Positions 50,715 through 63,940 of a stretch of 64,000 nucleotides of DNA are shown here, one piece after another. The stretch lies in contig NC_043007.1 in the NCBI RefSeq assembly GCF_006345805.1, positions 35,836,001 to 35,900,000 on the forward strand. The letters are read 5' to 3'. The translations under genes and the position numbers were made by a program. The notes beneath the pieces were generated by a model. That model was not told the origin of the DNA. It did not search any database and worked only from the letters and a program-made list of their open reading frames with translations. The first letter of the stretch is position 1, and each line of letters begins with the position of its first letter. The DNA comes from Octopus sinensis. Taxonomy: Eukaryota.

Positions 50715-52856
50715 GTACAGTCTCAGAGAAATGAGCAGCAAAACTATCAATCCAGTCAACAAACCTAGTAACTACAGAGAACTAGAGCTACTAATTTGTA
50801 TAACATAAGTGTTTCACACTTCATTTAAAATATCAGCAGTCTGTCAACTGCTAAATATATATATATACATTCACTTTAGAGAGTTGGTATTTTGCTCAAA
50901 ATATTTTGAATATTTTGTGTAAAAGAATTCAACTTACTGCAATATAGGGCAAGAAGGAAAATGAAAACATTTTGTAGCATAATTTTCCATAGAGTTTTAC
51001 AAAACTGGATTGCTTCTAGAATGACAAAATGTCTAATAAAACAAAAAAAAAAACCCAAAAAATAATCAGGTAGCTAATAACTGAATAATTGTGTGACATT
51101 TTTATGGGGTTCAAATGTTGCTGGTAATTTAAAACTAAAACACTTGTTGATCTTTCAATCCGAAAACCTCACAAACTGTTAAAAGTTCAGCAAGTACTCT
51201 GTACAAGTTTATGGACAGCAAAAATCTTGTCTTACAAAACCCTTGATTCAAGGGTTGTTTTTATCATGAAAGTAAAGGATTTTGTCACACTTATAGATTT
51301 AGATTTTAAAATTTTAACAGTTTCAGGTAATGAATGCTACAAGTCAATGATGTGCATTGAGTGACTTTTACTAAAATGTTATGCTATTTTTACCACTGAA
51401 TGTGGCATCGCTGTTACACAGCCAATGGACTTGGGAGTTTCAGTAATGTTCAAGATAACCTGCTTGTGGAAGGCTTTTGTCCAGGATATTGGTACGAAAA
51501 TATATCTTTTACTTGTTTCAGTCATTGGACTGCAGCCATGCTGGGGCATCACCATGAAGAATTTTTAGTTGAATGAATTGATCCTGGTACTTATTCTTTT
51601 TGTTAAGCCTGGTACTTATTTTATTAGTCTCTTTTGCCAAACTGCTAAGTTATGGGGAGTAAACACATCAAAACTGGTTTTCAAGCAGTGGTGGAAGACA
51701 AACACACACACGTTGGGCTTCTTTCAGTTTCTGCCCAGAGACCTTGTGCTTGAGGAGACCTATTGAGTCAAGTACATCAACATCAAAATAAATATCAAAT
51801 GGAAATTGTAGTTGTGATAACCTGTGCTGGTGGCATGTAAAAAGCACCATCCGAACGTGTTCGATGCCAGCGCCGCCTTGACTGCCTTCTGTACCGGTGG
51901 CACATAAAAAGCACCAACCGATCATGGCTGCTGCCAGCCTGCCGGTGGCACATAAAAAGCATACACTACACTCACGGAGTGGTTGGCGTTAGGAAGGGCA
52001 TCCAGCTGTAGAAACACTGCCAAATCAGACTGGTGCAGCCTCCTGGCTTCCGAGACCCCGGTCGAACTGCCCAACACATGCTAGCACGGAAAACGGACGT
52101 TAAATGATGATGATATTCCATTCCCAAGGCTTTGGTCAGCCTGAGGCTATAGTAGAAGACACTTGCCTCAGGTGCTAAAGGGGGACTGAACCCAGAACCA
52201 TGTGTTTAGGAAGCAAGATCCTTACCACACAGTGATGCCTGCACCTATATGAACTAAATTTTTATTTTTTGAAATACCTTACAGAAAACAATATAAAAAT
52301 CAATATAAATAGGAAAAGAAATAAATAAGATTCAGTTTATTTTATGAATGTATTGACTTGAATCAGCAAATGCAAAAGCAGTTTCTTTAAATATTTCTAA
52401 AACAGATGTTTGCTTTGATATTTTTTTTTCATTGTTCATAACCCTGTAGGTGTTGAGTGCATTTTTAATTTGTTTTCTGACTTGTGTTGTTTTTCAGTAC
52501 ATTTGAATCCTTATCTATTATCATGGTGTTAAGAAGAACATCCAACTATAGAAACCATGTCAACTAAATCATTGGAGCAAGATATGGTCTTCTGACTTGG
52601 ATCCTGTCAACCCATCCAATACATTACCAGTATGGAAAGCGGGCATAGAATAATGAAAATTATGATTTTCCCAAAATCTTAAGTTAACTTTGAGATCTTT
52701 AATCCATTTGTTACTATATTTCTCTTGAAAAAACTGACTTTATTTTAATTAATTTTTAAAATAATGAAAAATTTTCTTTTCTCAAAATAACTTTGTCATT
52801 ATTAAACTGGTGTTTGGAATAAAAAGTAACAAAAAATTTGATGGGAAATTTTAACC

Positions 52857-53520
52857 CAGGCGTTCTCAACTGGATTCCATATAAGATTATTGGGGTCCAT
52901 GGATGCAATATAATAAATTGGGGGTCAATGGTAATTTTTCAGGGGCCATGAAAAAGATTGTGCTTTAGACCAGTAAAGTTTACATGTAATAACCTGGTTA
53001 TATATTCACAATACACAAAATATTTTGACAATTTTTATACAAGTCCTAATCTCTCTATATATAAACGGTAAAATGTCTGCATGTGTGTCCTTTATACAAA
53101 TCCACAATTTTTTCAGTTAGAGCGCTTGCACTTTCTATGGTCATTCAAAACCGTCCAAGGGTGGTCGTGCACATCTTTACATTTCCCCAGTCACCCCGCA
53201 AAGCCATTAAAAAATCAATAGAAGTGACTTTTTTGTGAATTTTTTATCCAAAACCCAATAAAATGCCCGAAACTTGATACGCCAATTGAATGCCAGCTAG
53301 CTGTATGTGATTGGTCGGAGATTTGGACAGTACTCGCTTGTATGTGTGCACGCACGCAGCTATATATGCATGCACTAGCACTATCCGGCGTTGCCGGGTC
53401 ATAGTGCCAGTAATATTTAATTATGAAAATGCAATAGGATTTCATTTTGGCTATGGGAGTCCACCAAAATAAAGCAGGAATTAAGGGGGTCCATATGTAA
53501 AAAATGGTTGAGAACCCCTG
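52857..53520. mobile_element. hAT (Charlie-like) MITE
   Basis: TIRs CAGGCGTTCTCAAC/GTTGAGAACCCCTG; degenerate 8-bp TSD TTTTAACC/TTTTATCA; hosts a Helitron. Confidence 0.7.
53050..53410 (+). mobile_element. non-autonomous Helitron
   Basis: 5' TC(TCTCTATATATAAA), subterminal hairpin CCGGCGTTGCCGG, 3' CCAG (degenerate CTAG), inserted between A and T. Confidence 0.8.
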
Positions 53521-54484
53521 TTTTATCAAATATAATTCTTATTTATTCACATTGCTTTGAATTAATCACATATTATCTAGTAGCTTCATGATTTCAAATG
53601 ATGTGATTGCTTACTTTCAGAATGACATTGTAGGGTAGGTGTGAGAAGTCAAACCTGACTGGTTTGAACTTAAAACAGGCAGCCTATTTGGGCCAGATAT
53701 GGTCAATTTAACCCTTTAGCATTCAAATTAGCCATATCTGGCCCAAATATTTTACCTGTTTTATGTTCAAACCAATCAGATCTGGCCTATCACACCTGCC
53801 CTACAATGTCATTCTAAAACTGAACAATTACATCATCAAAATCTCAGAGCTACAAGATAATGCATGGTTAATTGAAATGCTAAAGGCTAAAAGGTTAGAT
53901 GGTGAAGGTACCGTAGCAGAGTTTTATACTTGGATGCTTTTCTTGTTGCTAATCTTCACCTGTTTTTTTCAAGAACCACCTCTTTTTTTTTTTTTTATTC
54001 CAGAGGAATTCAAAAGTACAGATAGTTGTTTTGTTGATAGGAAATGTCAACAAACATCACCAGCTGCAGTCCAGCCACAAACAGTGTAGATTGTAAACAC
54101 TCACACACATACACATATGTATGTGCATGCACCTGCTCACACACAGAGTTCGAATTAGAAACACCATGGCTAAAGAGTGCTTTCAACTGTGTAACTAATC
54201 AATGAGAGCTGACCTGAGGCTAAACACAACTTTATGGGTCAAAAAACAAGCGTCAATGCGATCACTCAAATGGCTAAAAATAGCAGCCAAATCTACCTCA
54301 AATCACATCCTACTGTTTTTGAAAAGTAAGGATGCATTCGGCAATATAGCCAAAGGTTATACAAAACAGGGGATGGTCAAAATTGGAATGTCTTTAATCA
54401 CAAGTCTGATTGATGAAAGCTGACCGGAGATCAAATAATAATACACATTTCAAGATGAGCTAATAGTTAAGTTTCTACACAGTA

Positions 54485-54870
54485 CTCTTTTACTAGTTTC
54501 AGCCACGTGACTGTGGCCATGCTGGAGCACCGCCTTTTTTCGAGCAAATCGACCCCAGGTCTTATTCTTTGTAAGCCTAGTACTTGTTCTATCGGTCTCT
54601 TTTGTCAAACCACTAAGTTACGGGGACATAAACACACCAGCATCGGTTGTCAAGCAATGTTGGGGGGACGAACACAGACACAAAAACATATACACACACA
54701 CACATATATACATACAACGGGCTTCTTTCAGTTTCCGTCTACCACATCCACTCACAAGGCTTTGGTCAGCCCGAGGCTATAGTGGAAGACACTTGCCCAA
54801 GGTGCCACGCAGGGAGACTGAACTCGGAACCATGTGGTTGGTAAGCAAGCTACTTACCACACAGCCACTC
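54485..54870 (-). mobile_element. SINE family B, full length
   Basis: As above. Confidence 0.85.
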
Positions 54871-55165
54871 CAACTTTTTAGAAACAGCAGCCTTATGTCT
54901 CCCAAATCACACCCTCTCCACCTTAAAAAGAAAGATATCACATTAAATAATGTAGTCCTAGATACATTATACTTGGCAGGAGGAGGGGGATGGTCAAGAT
55001 GGTTACAAGTAGAACATTCTTGAGTGTACATAGGTCTACTTGACCAGAGCTCACCTGGAGCTAAAAAGCAACTTCAAGACAGAGCTTAGAACAATTCACG
55101 GATATTTATGTATCTGTTTTGCTGGATGACCCCATCTGAAAATGAAGGTCTAAAAGAACCCAAGT

Positions 55166-55207
55166 CTAAGTCTCCATAATAACAACTTCACCAATATCGG
55201 GGGTCAC
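55166..55207 (-). CDS. candidate terminal coding exon of an unidentified gene
   Basis: Acceptor gtgtgttttcag, phase 0, VTPDIGEVVIMET followed by TAG, in non-repetitive sequence. Protein not recognised. Confidence 0.3.
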   Translation of the reverse strand: MTPDIGEVVIMET

Positions 55208-56319
55208 CTGAAAACACACAATAACCCAGAAATATTCAAAGGAAAGAAAAATTTAGTGAACAAGTATCAACTATTACAACCAGGAAATGCAATGATGTGT
55301 GGATCCAAAGACACAGTTTTCAGTGATGTAAAAGTACTGACAAGGTATACTAACACAGATTAGACATATGAATGACTTATCTGTTTTGAGTTTGAAATAT
55401 TAGTTTCAAATTTTAGCACAAGGCCAGCAATTTTCATGGGAGGGAGTAAGTCGATTACATCACCCCTGGTGCTCAACTGGTACTTATGTTATCAACCTCA
55501 AAAGGATGAAAGGTAAAGTTGACCCCGTTGAAATTTGAACTCAGAACTTAAAAACAGATGAAATGCGGTTAAGCATTTTGCACAGGCTGCTAATGATTCT
55601 GCCAACTAGCCACATTATAGGCTTGAAATATTAACCTCTCTTTATATTTCACATATATATCCACCTACACAGACACACTGACATTTATTTTACCAAATTG
55701 TGTGTGTTAATTTACCAAATTGTGTACATAAATATATATATGGGTACACACACACATTGTAATCCCAAGTATATTCGGCAATATCAGTAGCATGCAGCAA
55801 TGTTAAGGCATAAGTGAACTTTTACGTTCATTAAAAATTATGTTTCTGACATAAACTAATACAGACAAATTCACTACAGTTACCATGGAGAAAAAAATTC
55901 TCTCTTGTGGTGAAAGGTGCAAAAACACCATATCTGCCCGGTGTTTCCCCCATATCAGATTCCCAGCTCTTAAGCCATTATCAATGGGAAATACTGAATA
56001 GAGATAACTCTGGGCAGATTTGAAGCCATAACTTCAACTAAAACACTGTCAACAACATTGACTGGGTTGCACTATCAGACCACCAGATCAGGAGAATTTC
56101 AGTAGTATCAGAGCCAAGCAATGTTTAGATATGATGTTTTCATACCTTTTACCGTAAGAGAGATTTTTTTTTTACTCTGCAGTAACTGCAGTGAATTTAC
56201 TGTTAGCTGTTGAAATGTGTCACAAACATTATCAAAACTAACCTAAAGTTCACATAAAATATATATTTGTAATCATCAGCATCATCATCGCTTAACATCC
56301 ATTGAATGATGTTAAGTAT

Positions 56320-56355
<36 letters not shown>

Positions 56356-56929
56356 ATATAGATATATGCATATGTATGTATGCATGTGTGTGTGTGTCTG
56401 TGTACATATACATAAATGCATCATTTCAAATAGTTTACTGAGATTCTGTGAAAAACGTCTCGAACAACTAACTACACTAGCCGGTTTGACAGCTAATAGA
56501 TGCAAAAGAAGACAGGAGACAGAGAATGGGTTGAGGAGGTGAAGTTGCGGGGCATTTTTTCTATAATTTCAAAAAAAAAAAAAAAAAAAACTAACGTTGA
56601 GAAAACGAGGAAGGGAGGAGGTAAAAAGGACAAAATAAATAAATTTATATCTTTAGAACGGCCTTTTCTTTTTATTTCTTGTTTGTCTAGTCTTTCATTA
56701 TCTTCTCTCACACTCTATACACTTTCATTTCAAATGTCAAGTGGAAAACAGTGGCCTTGAAATAAGTCATGAAATTTACTTTCTAAAGCAAGTGATTTGA
56801 CATAAAAACAATTGATCGACAGAATTGGTAGAGCTTTTCATGAAATAATTTAGTCATTGTTTTTACTTGCTGGGGGTCTGAAGGAAAGGGTAATAGTTTT
56901 TGCTTCAAACTCATCTGTCTAGAAAGGTC

Positions 56930-57400
56930 TGTGAAGGCCCTCCTAGATTGGTGCAATTAACACCACTGCTACTGCTTCTGAACCTTCGTAAGTCGACATC
57001 TACATGGAAAGACGTAAACCAGGAGGGAATTTTAAGGGGCTGATGTTTTGGGCAGTAAGGACTGGGTAAAGTGATTAGTGTAAGAAGGAGCCTGAGGCAG
57101 GGATAGATACTACAGCAGTTATGAGACGAGGAGAGATGTGTGAGTGAGAAGCACCCAGTGGGGTTGGCACAAACTCAGCTATTTCCATGGAACAGAGACC
57201 CTTATAGTAGTAGTTGAAAAAGGTAATGAGCAGAGACAGCATAACTGAGGGCCAAAGACTGGAATGTTTGTGAGCAACTTTATGCCAATCTGTCTTGTGG
57301 CCCTTTTCTGGATATGATTGAGGATGTCTCTGTGTACAATGACAGCACTGTCCTAGACGTGGGGGTGGTAGTCTGTTGCAGGTTCTACTTGAACTTTGTA
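56930..57400 (-). mobile_element. decayed CR1/Jockey-group LINE 3' region
   Basis: YKVQV..DILNHIQKRATRQIG fragment; related to 61410-62020. Confidence 0.5.
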
Positions 57401-58451
57401 TAGTATCTCTTTACATTCTAAGTTCAAAGCCCACTAAAGATATTTCCATTCATCCTTTGAAGACAAGTGGAATGAAAAAAAATCTGTTACTTGAAAAATA
57501 GGTAAGAGTTAAAGACAGGATGGGCATTTAGCTGTAAAACAATACCTCAATAATATGTACCCACCTAACTCATGCTAGCATGGGAAAACAAATGAATCTA
57601 TATAATCAATTGATATAACACAACTGTGTCAATGTTTTCTTGATTATAATCTTTTTAGAATTTAGAAGCTAGTAATTCTATCTTGAAATCAATGCCTTGC
57701 CCAACCAGACAAGAAGAAAAGAAGTTGGAACATGAATATTACTCAACTACTGTTTATTCATTTTAGAGTGGTTAACAGATCAGTTTGCTACATATATTTA
57801 GCAACATATGACAAATGTGGTAAAAAAAATGTACATAAATTATGCACTGAAAAACAACTAAACAACACAATGTCATATGAAATTACATTTCTGAATTTGT
57901 GACAAACTAAAGATCAAATTTTAAAAATTACTGTCATGTGGTAAGAAATTTGCTTCCCGGTTACACGATTCCAGGTTTGGTCCCACTGCATTGCACCTTA
58001 TGCAAGTGTCTTCTACAATAGCCTTAGGACAACCAAAGACTTGTGAATGGATTTGGTAGATGGAAACTGAAATAAGCCCATCATATGTGTGTGTTTATAG
58101 TAGTGTGTGTGTGTTCCCCTCCACTACTTGACAACCAGTGTTGGTGTGTTTACATCCCAATAACTAGCAGTTCAAAAGTGACCGAGAGAATAAGTATCAG
58201 GTTGAAAAAAAAAAACTACTAAGGTCAATTCATTCAACTAAAAATACTTCAATGCAGTGCTCCAGCATGACTGAAGCAAGTAAAAGAAAAAAGGTAGCTA
58301 TCATGGAAATTTCATAAGAAAAACAGTGCCACTTTAGCATGCAGTCTACCTGGCCATTTATGCTTTAGCATGTGGTCTACCTCACCTTCTAAACTTCAAT
58401 GTGCAGTCTAATCTCTACAACAACTTTGTACTATAAGCCAAGTGGACTCAC

Positions 58452-58521
58452 TCGTAGCATGACAGCTGCTGCTCTTTTGCAATAGTTGAAGATGTTGCAC
58501 ACTGCAGCATAGTAGTTAGGA
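58452..58521 (-). CDS. candidate internal exon of an unidentified minus-strand gene
   Basis: Acceptor ttttcattag, donor gtgagt, 70 nt; open frame PNYYAAVCNIFNYCKRAAAVMLR ending in phase 0, compatible with the candidate terminal exon at 55166-55207. Protein not recognised. Confidence 0.35.
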
Positions 58522-61189
58522 CTAATGAAAATATTGATGTTGCAGCTATTTCTGTGTTCTGTTTTTTTCCTACCGCATGCATTTACATCTGCTTTTCCAT
58601 GCCAGCATGGATTAGACAAATACATACCGACGTGCTGTTTTACAGCTGGCAGCCCTTCCTATCACTACCTGTTTTCTTTTCTTTTCCTTTTTCCAAGCGT
58701 GATCGTTGCCAGAGTGGCTATTTAGCCTCCGTGCCGGTGGTATGTAAAAGGCACCATTCGAGTGTGATCGTTACCAGCATCGCCTTACTAGCACCTGTGC
58801 CGGTCCCATGTGTAAAAGATTCGAGCGAGGTCGTAGCCAGTACCGCCTGACTGGCCCCGTGCCAGTGGCACGTAAAGGCACCCACTGCACTCTCAGAGTG
58901 GCTGACATTAAGAAGGGCATCCAGCTGTAGAAACTCTGCCAGATCAAGATTGAAGCCTGGTGCAGCCATATGGTTCGCCAGCCCTCAGTCAAATCGTCCA
59001 ACCCATGCTAGCATGGAAAGCGGACATTAAACGATGATGATGATGATGATGATGATGATATTCATCCCACACAATTTTAAAAAAGTAGAATACTGGATGA
59101 TTTGTTGACTGAGAAATACCAACAACACTTCTTATAACTCAGCTGTGTGTGTGTGTATGGGTGGGGATAACGGATGGAAGAGAAATAGACAGACAGACAA
59201 ATAGATAGATGTACACACACAATGGGATTTGAACAGTTTCCATCTATGAAATTCACTCATGAAGCATTGGTTAGCCAAAGGTTATAGCAGTTGACATTTG
59301 CACAAGGTGACACTCAGAACAAGGGGAAGAGATAATGGCTTTAAGATGTACTCTTGGATTGGTGTATATATGCCTGAATGTTTAGAAGTGATTATTCATG
59401 AGGTGGCAAGGACTGGGGTGGGGGTGTTAAAGCTTCTTGCAGAAATGACCTGTGCCACTTGGATATAAACTGTCATGATATGTAGTGCACTGTGAATGTG
59501 CATAGCTCAGTGGTTAGAACATCGGGCACACAACCATGAGGTAGTGAGTTCAATTCCTGGACCAGGCTATGTGCTGTGTTCTTCAGCAAGACACTTTATT
59601 TTCACGTTGCTCCAGTTCACTCATCTGTAGAAATGAGTTGCAACATCACTGGTGCCAAGCTGTATCAGCCTTGGCCCTTCCCTTGGGTAACATTGGTGGC
59701 TAGGAGAGGGGAGGATGGAAATGCATAGGTGACTGCTGGTCTTCCATAAACAACCTTGCCCGGACTTGTGCCTCTGAGGGTAACTTCCTTGGTCCAACCC
59801 CTTGATTATTCATGACAGAAGGAGGTCTTTACCCTTTATGTAGTGCATTGTTTTGTGCTTTGTATAGAGAGATCATGAACTCAGACTAGACTAGGCTATT
59901 TTATGAACATATTTCTTTTGTGCTGTTTGTGAATGATCTAAAGTATGTTTGTGTATCATTTTGCCCTCTTCATTGTGTCTTTTAAGTGTTACAGATTTCG
60001 TGGAATAATTTTATTTAACCCTTTATCATTTAAATCAACATTCTATGGCCAAAATAGTCTGCCTGTTTTATCTTCAAACCAACCAGACCTGCCCTCTCAT
60101 CTACCATACAATGTCATTATAAAAATAAGCACATGGTTCCGAGTTCAGTCCCACTGCATGGCATCTTGGGTAAATGTCTTCTACTATAGCCTCGGGCCAA
60201 CCAAAGCTTTGTAAGTGGATTTGGTAGACGGAAACTGAAAGAAGCTCGTCGTATATATGTGTATATATATATATACGAGTGTATATGTGTGTCTGTGTTT
60301 GTTCCTCCAACATCGCTTCACAACTGATGCTGGTGTGTTTCCATCCCAGTAACTTAGCGGTTCGGCAAAAGAGACCGATAGAGTAAGTACTAGGCTTACA
60401 AAGAATAAGTCCTGGGGTCGATTTGCTCGACTAAATGGCCACAGTCAAATGACTGAAACAAGTAAAAAAGAGAAATACATCATTGAAATCTCAAAGCTAC
60501 AAGATAGTATATGATCAATTCAAAACAATGTGAATAAATAAGAGTTACCCTCTCTCTCTTTCGGAGAGGCACTGAGCAGCTATACGCACATATACACACA
60601 CGGCAGTAACTTCCACCTACCGAATTCAATCACAAAGCTCCGGTCGGCTCGGGGCTATAGCGGAAGACACCTACTCAAAGTGCCACGCAATGGGACTGAA
60701 CCCAAAACCATGTAGCTAGGAAGCAAGCTCCCTAACCACACAGCCATGCCCGACAATAATTTGAATGCTGAAGAGTTAACCTGTAGTATTGTAATCCTCA
60801 GTGTGGGCATTTAGTATATTATATTATCAAGTGTTCAAGTGTGGCATTTGTTTGTATCTGATCTTCCTGGCGTTGCTAGTAAGAAGAGACCCAATGGATC
60901 TGGTAGGTGCTGGTTTAAGTTTTATTTCTGGAACTAGATTCCTAAGCAATTGATGTAGAGTTAGAGTAGTTGTACTGCAGTGTCTGGAGAATAGCGAGGA
61001 GGTATGAATATGATGTCATCTGTGTATATGTTTCAATGTGTGGGATGGTCGTATAGAAATATGATGATACTCCTTTCAGGAATTTACAAGTTCTGGAAAT
61101 GTTGTTCATATGTTTGGCAACTTGACAGACAGAGTGCTAGCCTTAATAAGAGTGTGTTCCTATTTGATTGGGAATATAATGGGTATTAA

Positions 61190-61391
61190 CCCTTTTGTTA
61201 CAATATTTGTGCTGTGTTTCTTTCAATTAATTTTAAATTTAACAAAGAATTTTGTAAAATAACTTAGTTATCATTAAGCTAGTGTTAGGTACATAAATTG
61301 TAACTAAGGTTTGGTGGAAGGTTTTAATTGAAAACAAGACATTTGTATTACAAAGCTAGAAGCAGTTTCAGCCAGGTTGGCATTGAAAGGG
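61190..61391. mobile_element. piggyBac-like MITE (short family, opposite orientation)
   Basis: TTAA|CCCTTTTGTTAC...TTGAAAGGG|TTAA. Confidence 0.75.
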
Positions 61392-61409
61392 TTAATCATG
61401 AGTAGAAGA

Positions 61410-62020
61410 TCTTTAGAGGATGGAGAAGAAATAAAGGAAGCTTGATTGCATCATCCAATGCCCACCTTGTCTCTTATAACAGCGAAAACACTTAGACAAC
61501 TTGCAAATATTTAGCATACCTAGGACTATGTCCCAAAGAGAGGTTCTTCTCTTTAGGCCAAATGTTTCAACCCCAACAGCTGCTGATACTCCACAAAGCT
61601 CAGGTGAGGTTCACAATGGAAATACTGCTCCCACATCTGGGACAGTGCCACTGCTCCACACACTGACAGCCTAAATTGCATTCAAAGGACCACTCGAATG
61701 ACTGGTACTCCATCTCTAACAGACTCACGCCCATAGGCATACTGTCAACACCTTCTGATTTTTCTATCACTACTATAATAACCTTGCTTCTCAGATTTGG
61801 CTGATTTTGTACCACCACAAATCATGACCCCCAACCCATTTTCTCTCCATCTCTTATCACCCTTGGTGCATCCAACAACCCCTTTTCCTGGTGCTGTAAC
61901 AGTAGGAGCCATATCACATCTGCTTTGATGTTCTGATGGGCTGCCTGCACTTTTAACAGAGTCGTTCTTTTATAAAACTCTATCTCTCTCTTTGCCTGTG
62001 TCATTTTATTGCAGACATTG
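61410..62020 (+). mobile_element. decayed CR1/Jockey-group LINE 3' region
   Basis: PQQLLILHKAQVR..YCSHIWDSATAPHTDSLNCIQ-type fragments, frameshifted. Confidence 0.6.
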
Positions 62021-62649
62021 ACACAATCTACATATGTTCAGGTTGAACATTAATCAGCCATCAGTGAAAAGAAGAGAGTCCTGCAAATGACATAGGCACT
62101 GCTTCTACTCCTCCTCCTTTTACCTGTCATAAACTTATCAACTCTCAAAGTTCAAAAATTTGTATTGTGAAAACCGTTATCTATGAGATCATTGAAGAAG
62201 TCTTCTGATGGTGAGTAAGAAGGTGTGTGTGTCCAGCAACACACACACACACAGATGTATATCATTGTCATCATTTAACATACATTTTCCCTTGATTGTA
62301 TGGACCACAATTAATCTATCGAAGCAGATTTTCTAGGACAAGATGTCGTTTGTGTCATGAACCATCGCCTGTTTCCAAGCAAGGTAACACTGCCCAAGAC
62401 CAGACATGGTTTTCGAGGAAGACTGAAAATGAAGAACACCTCAGAATGAAGGTGATGCTCATTTACTACCACCATATGATGCCAAAACAAGAATATACAC
62501 ACACACACACACAAGTCTCCTTCCACCAAATCCATTCACAAGGCTTTGGTCAGTACAGGGTTATAGTACAAGACACCCAAAAGTACCATACAGTGGTACT
62601 GAACCCAAAAGCACTTGGTTAGGAGACAAGATTCACAACCATACCTGTG

Positions 62650-62712
<63 letters not shown>

Positions 62713-63119
62713 TACATGTGTATATAGTTATATATACATACACATGCACTTACATGTATACATATATATATATATATACACGAGCAAAATGCCCCCACCC
62801 CGTCCAATGAACGGTGCTGAGTTGTCAAACATTTAAACCAAATTTTCTCAAAACAACTTGTCCGACCGTCCCATAGGCCTCCCTTTGAGAAACACTGATT
62901 TAACCTAAATTTGAGACACCAGCAAAAGAAGAAATAAAGATAGACTTTTTTTTCTATTCCAAAGAAAAACGATTTTATTCACACAAATATACAACCGAAG
63001 AGTTTAAAAGTACCAGTAATGATAAGGCTGTTGACTGGGAGAACACAAACATGGTTTAAACAGTAAGCTTGGCAGGAAAGAAATGTGCCTTTAAGCAGTA
63101 CAAAAATAACAAAAAATGG

Positions 63120-63326
63120 AAGGTGCAGTTATGTACAGGTTGACGGAAGAAAAGCAGGACAGAAAGGGCTTTATCGATCGCATTCTCACCTGGAATCGAG
63201 CTTTGTAATTTTTTCAAGACTTATATACACCCTGATACCGTCGGTATCTACATGTCAAATTTGAGCGCAATCGGATGGAGGATGCCCAAGATCCGAGAAC
63301 AGACAGAACGGATTTTATATAAGAGA
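63120..63326 (-). mobile_element. Helitron-like 5' fragment
   Basis: Minus strand starts A|TCTCTTATATAAAATCCGTTCTGTCTG, a typical non-autonomous Helitron 5' end; no 3' hairpin found. Confidence 0.5.
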
Positions 63327-63882
63327 TATACACACACACGTGTGTGTGTATAATATAGTCTTCTGCTAAATCACTGCTAGACAGAACAACAGACAAGCTA
63401 CATATTCTGTTAATTATAGTATTTGTGTAACATAGTTCCATCCTGTTCGTCCCATATAGTAATATCAAGGGTTGTTATTCCTATCAGGAATAAAGTGGCT
63501 TTGCACCCTCATTCATGCATAAAGCATATGTTGTACCAAGATGATTTGTCCTGATTCCTAAATATAAAGTCACTTGCTTGAAGAGGAATGCATTGAACCA
63601 ATGATTGGCTTGTCAGAAACTTAGAAATAATGAAGCTATTGTTTAAAAATTATGATATTAAGTAAATAAATAAATATAGGAAAACAAACTACCAAGATAT
63701 TTTATATATATATATATACTATATATATATGTATATATATACACACACCTCCACCCCTCACAGTGATGGGCAATTAAACCAGTTGTGTATATACATACAT
63801 ACATATGAAGGTATACATGCATATATGTAAGTATTTGTATGTTGTGTATATATATATTTGTAATTATGTACTATCTGTGTAT

Positions 63883-63940
63883 ATCCCACTGATGAGGCAG
63901 AGTATATTTTTATACAGAGTCAGAAATCTGGATCTGGGAT
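63883..63940 (+). ncRNA. type I hammerhead ribozyme, near-canonical
   Basis: ATCCCA-CTGATGA-GGC-AGA-GTATA-TTTT-TATAC-AGA-GTC-A-GAAA-TCTGGAT-C-TGGGAT. Stem I 6 bp perfect, stem III near-palindrome ATCTGGAT, ATC triplet; one extra A before GAAA. Confidence 0.7.

Noticed and set aside
60000-60810. CTGAGGA (minus, about 60796-60802) and GAAA that would join after removing the TTAA MITE
   Set aside because: The reconstructed empty site gives no stem I or stem II pairing.
60840-61185. Possible LINE/Penelope RT remnant (related segment at 6800-7030)
   Set aside because: Too decayed to assign by eye; no diagnostic motif recovered.
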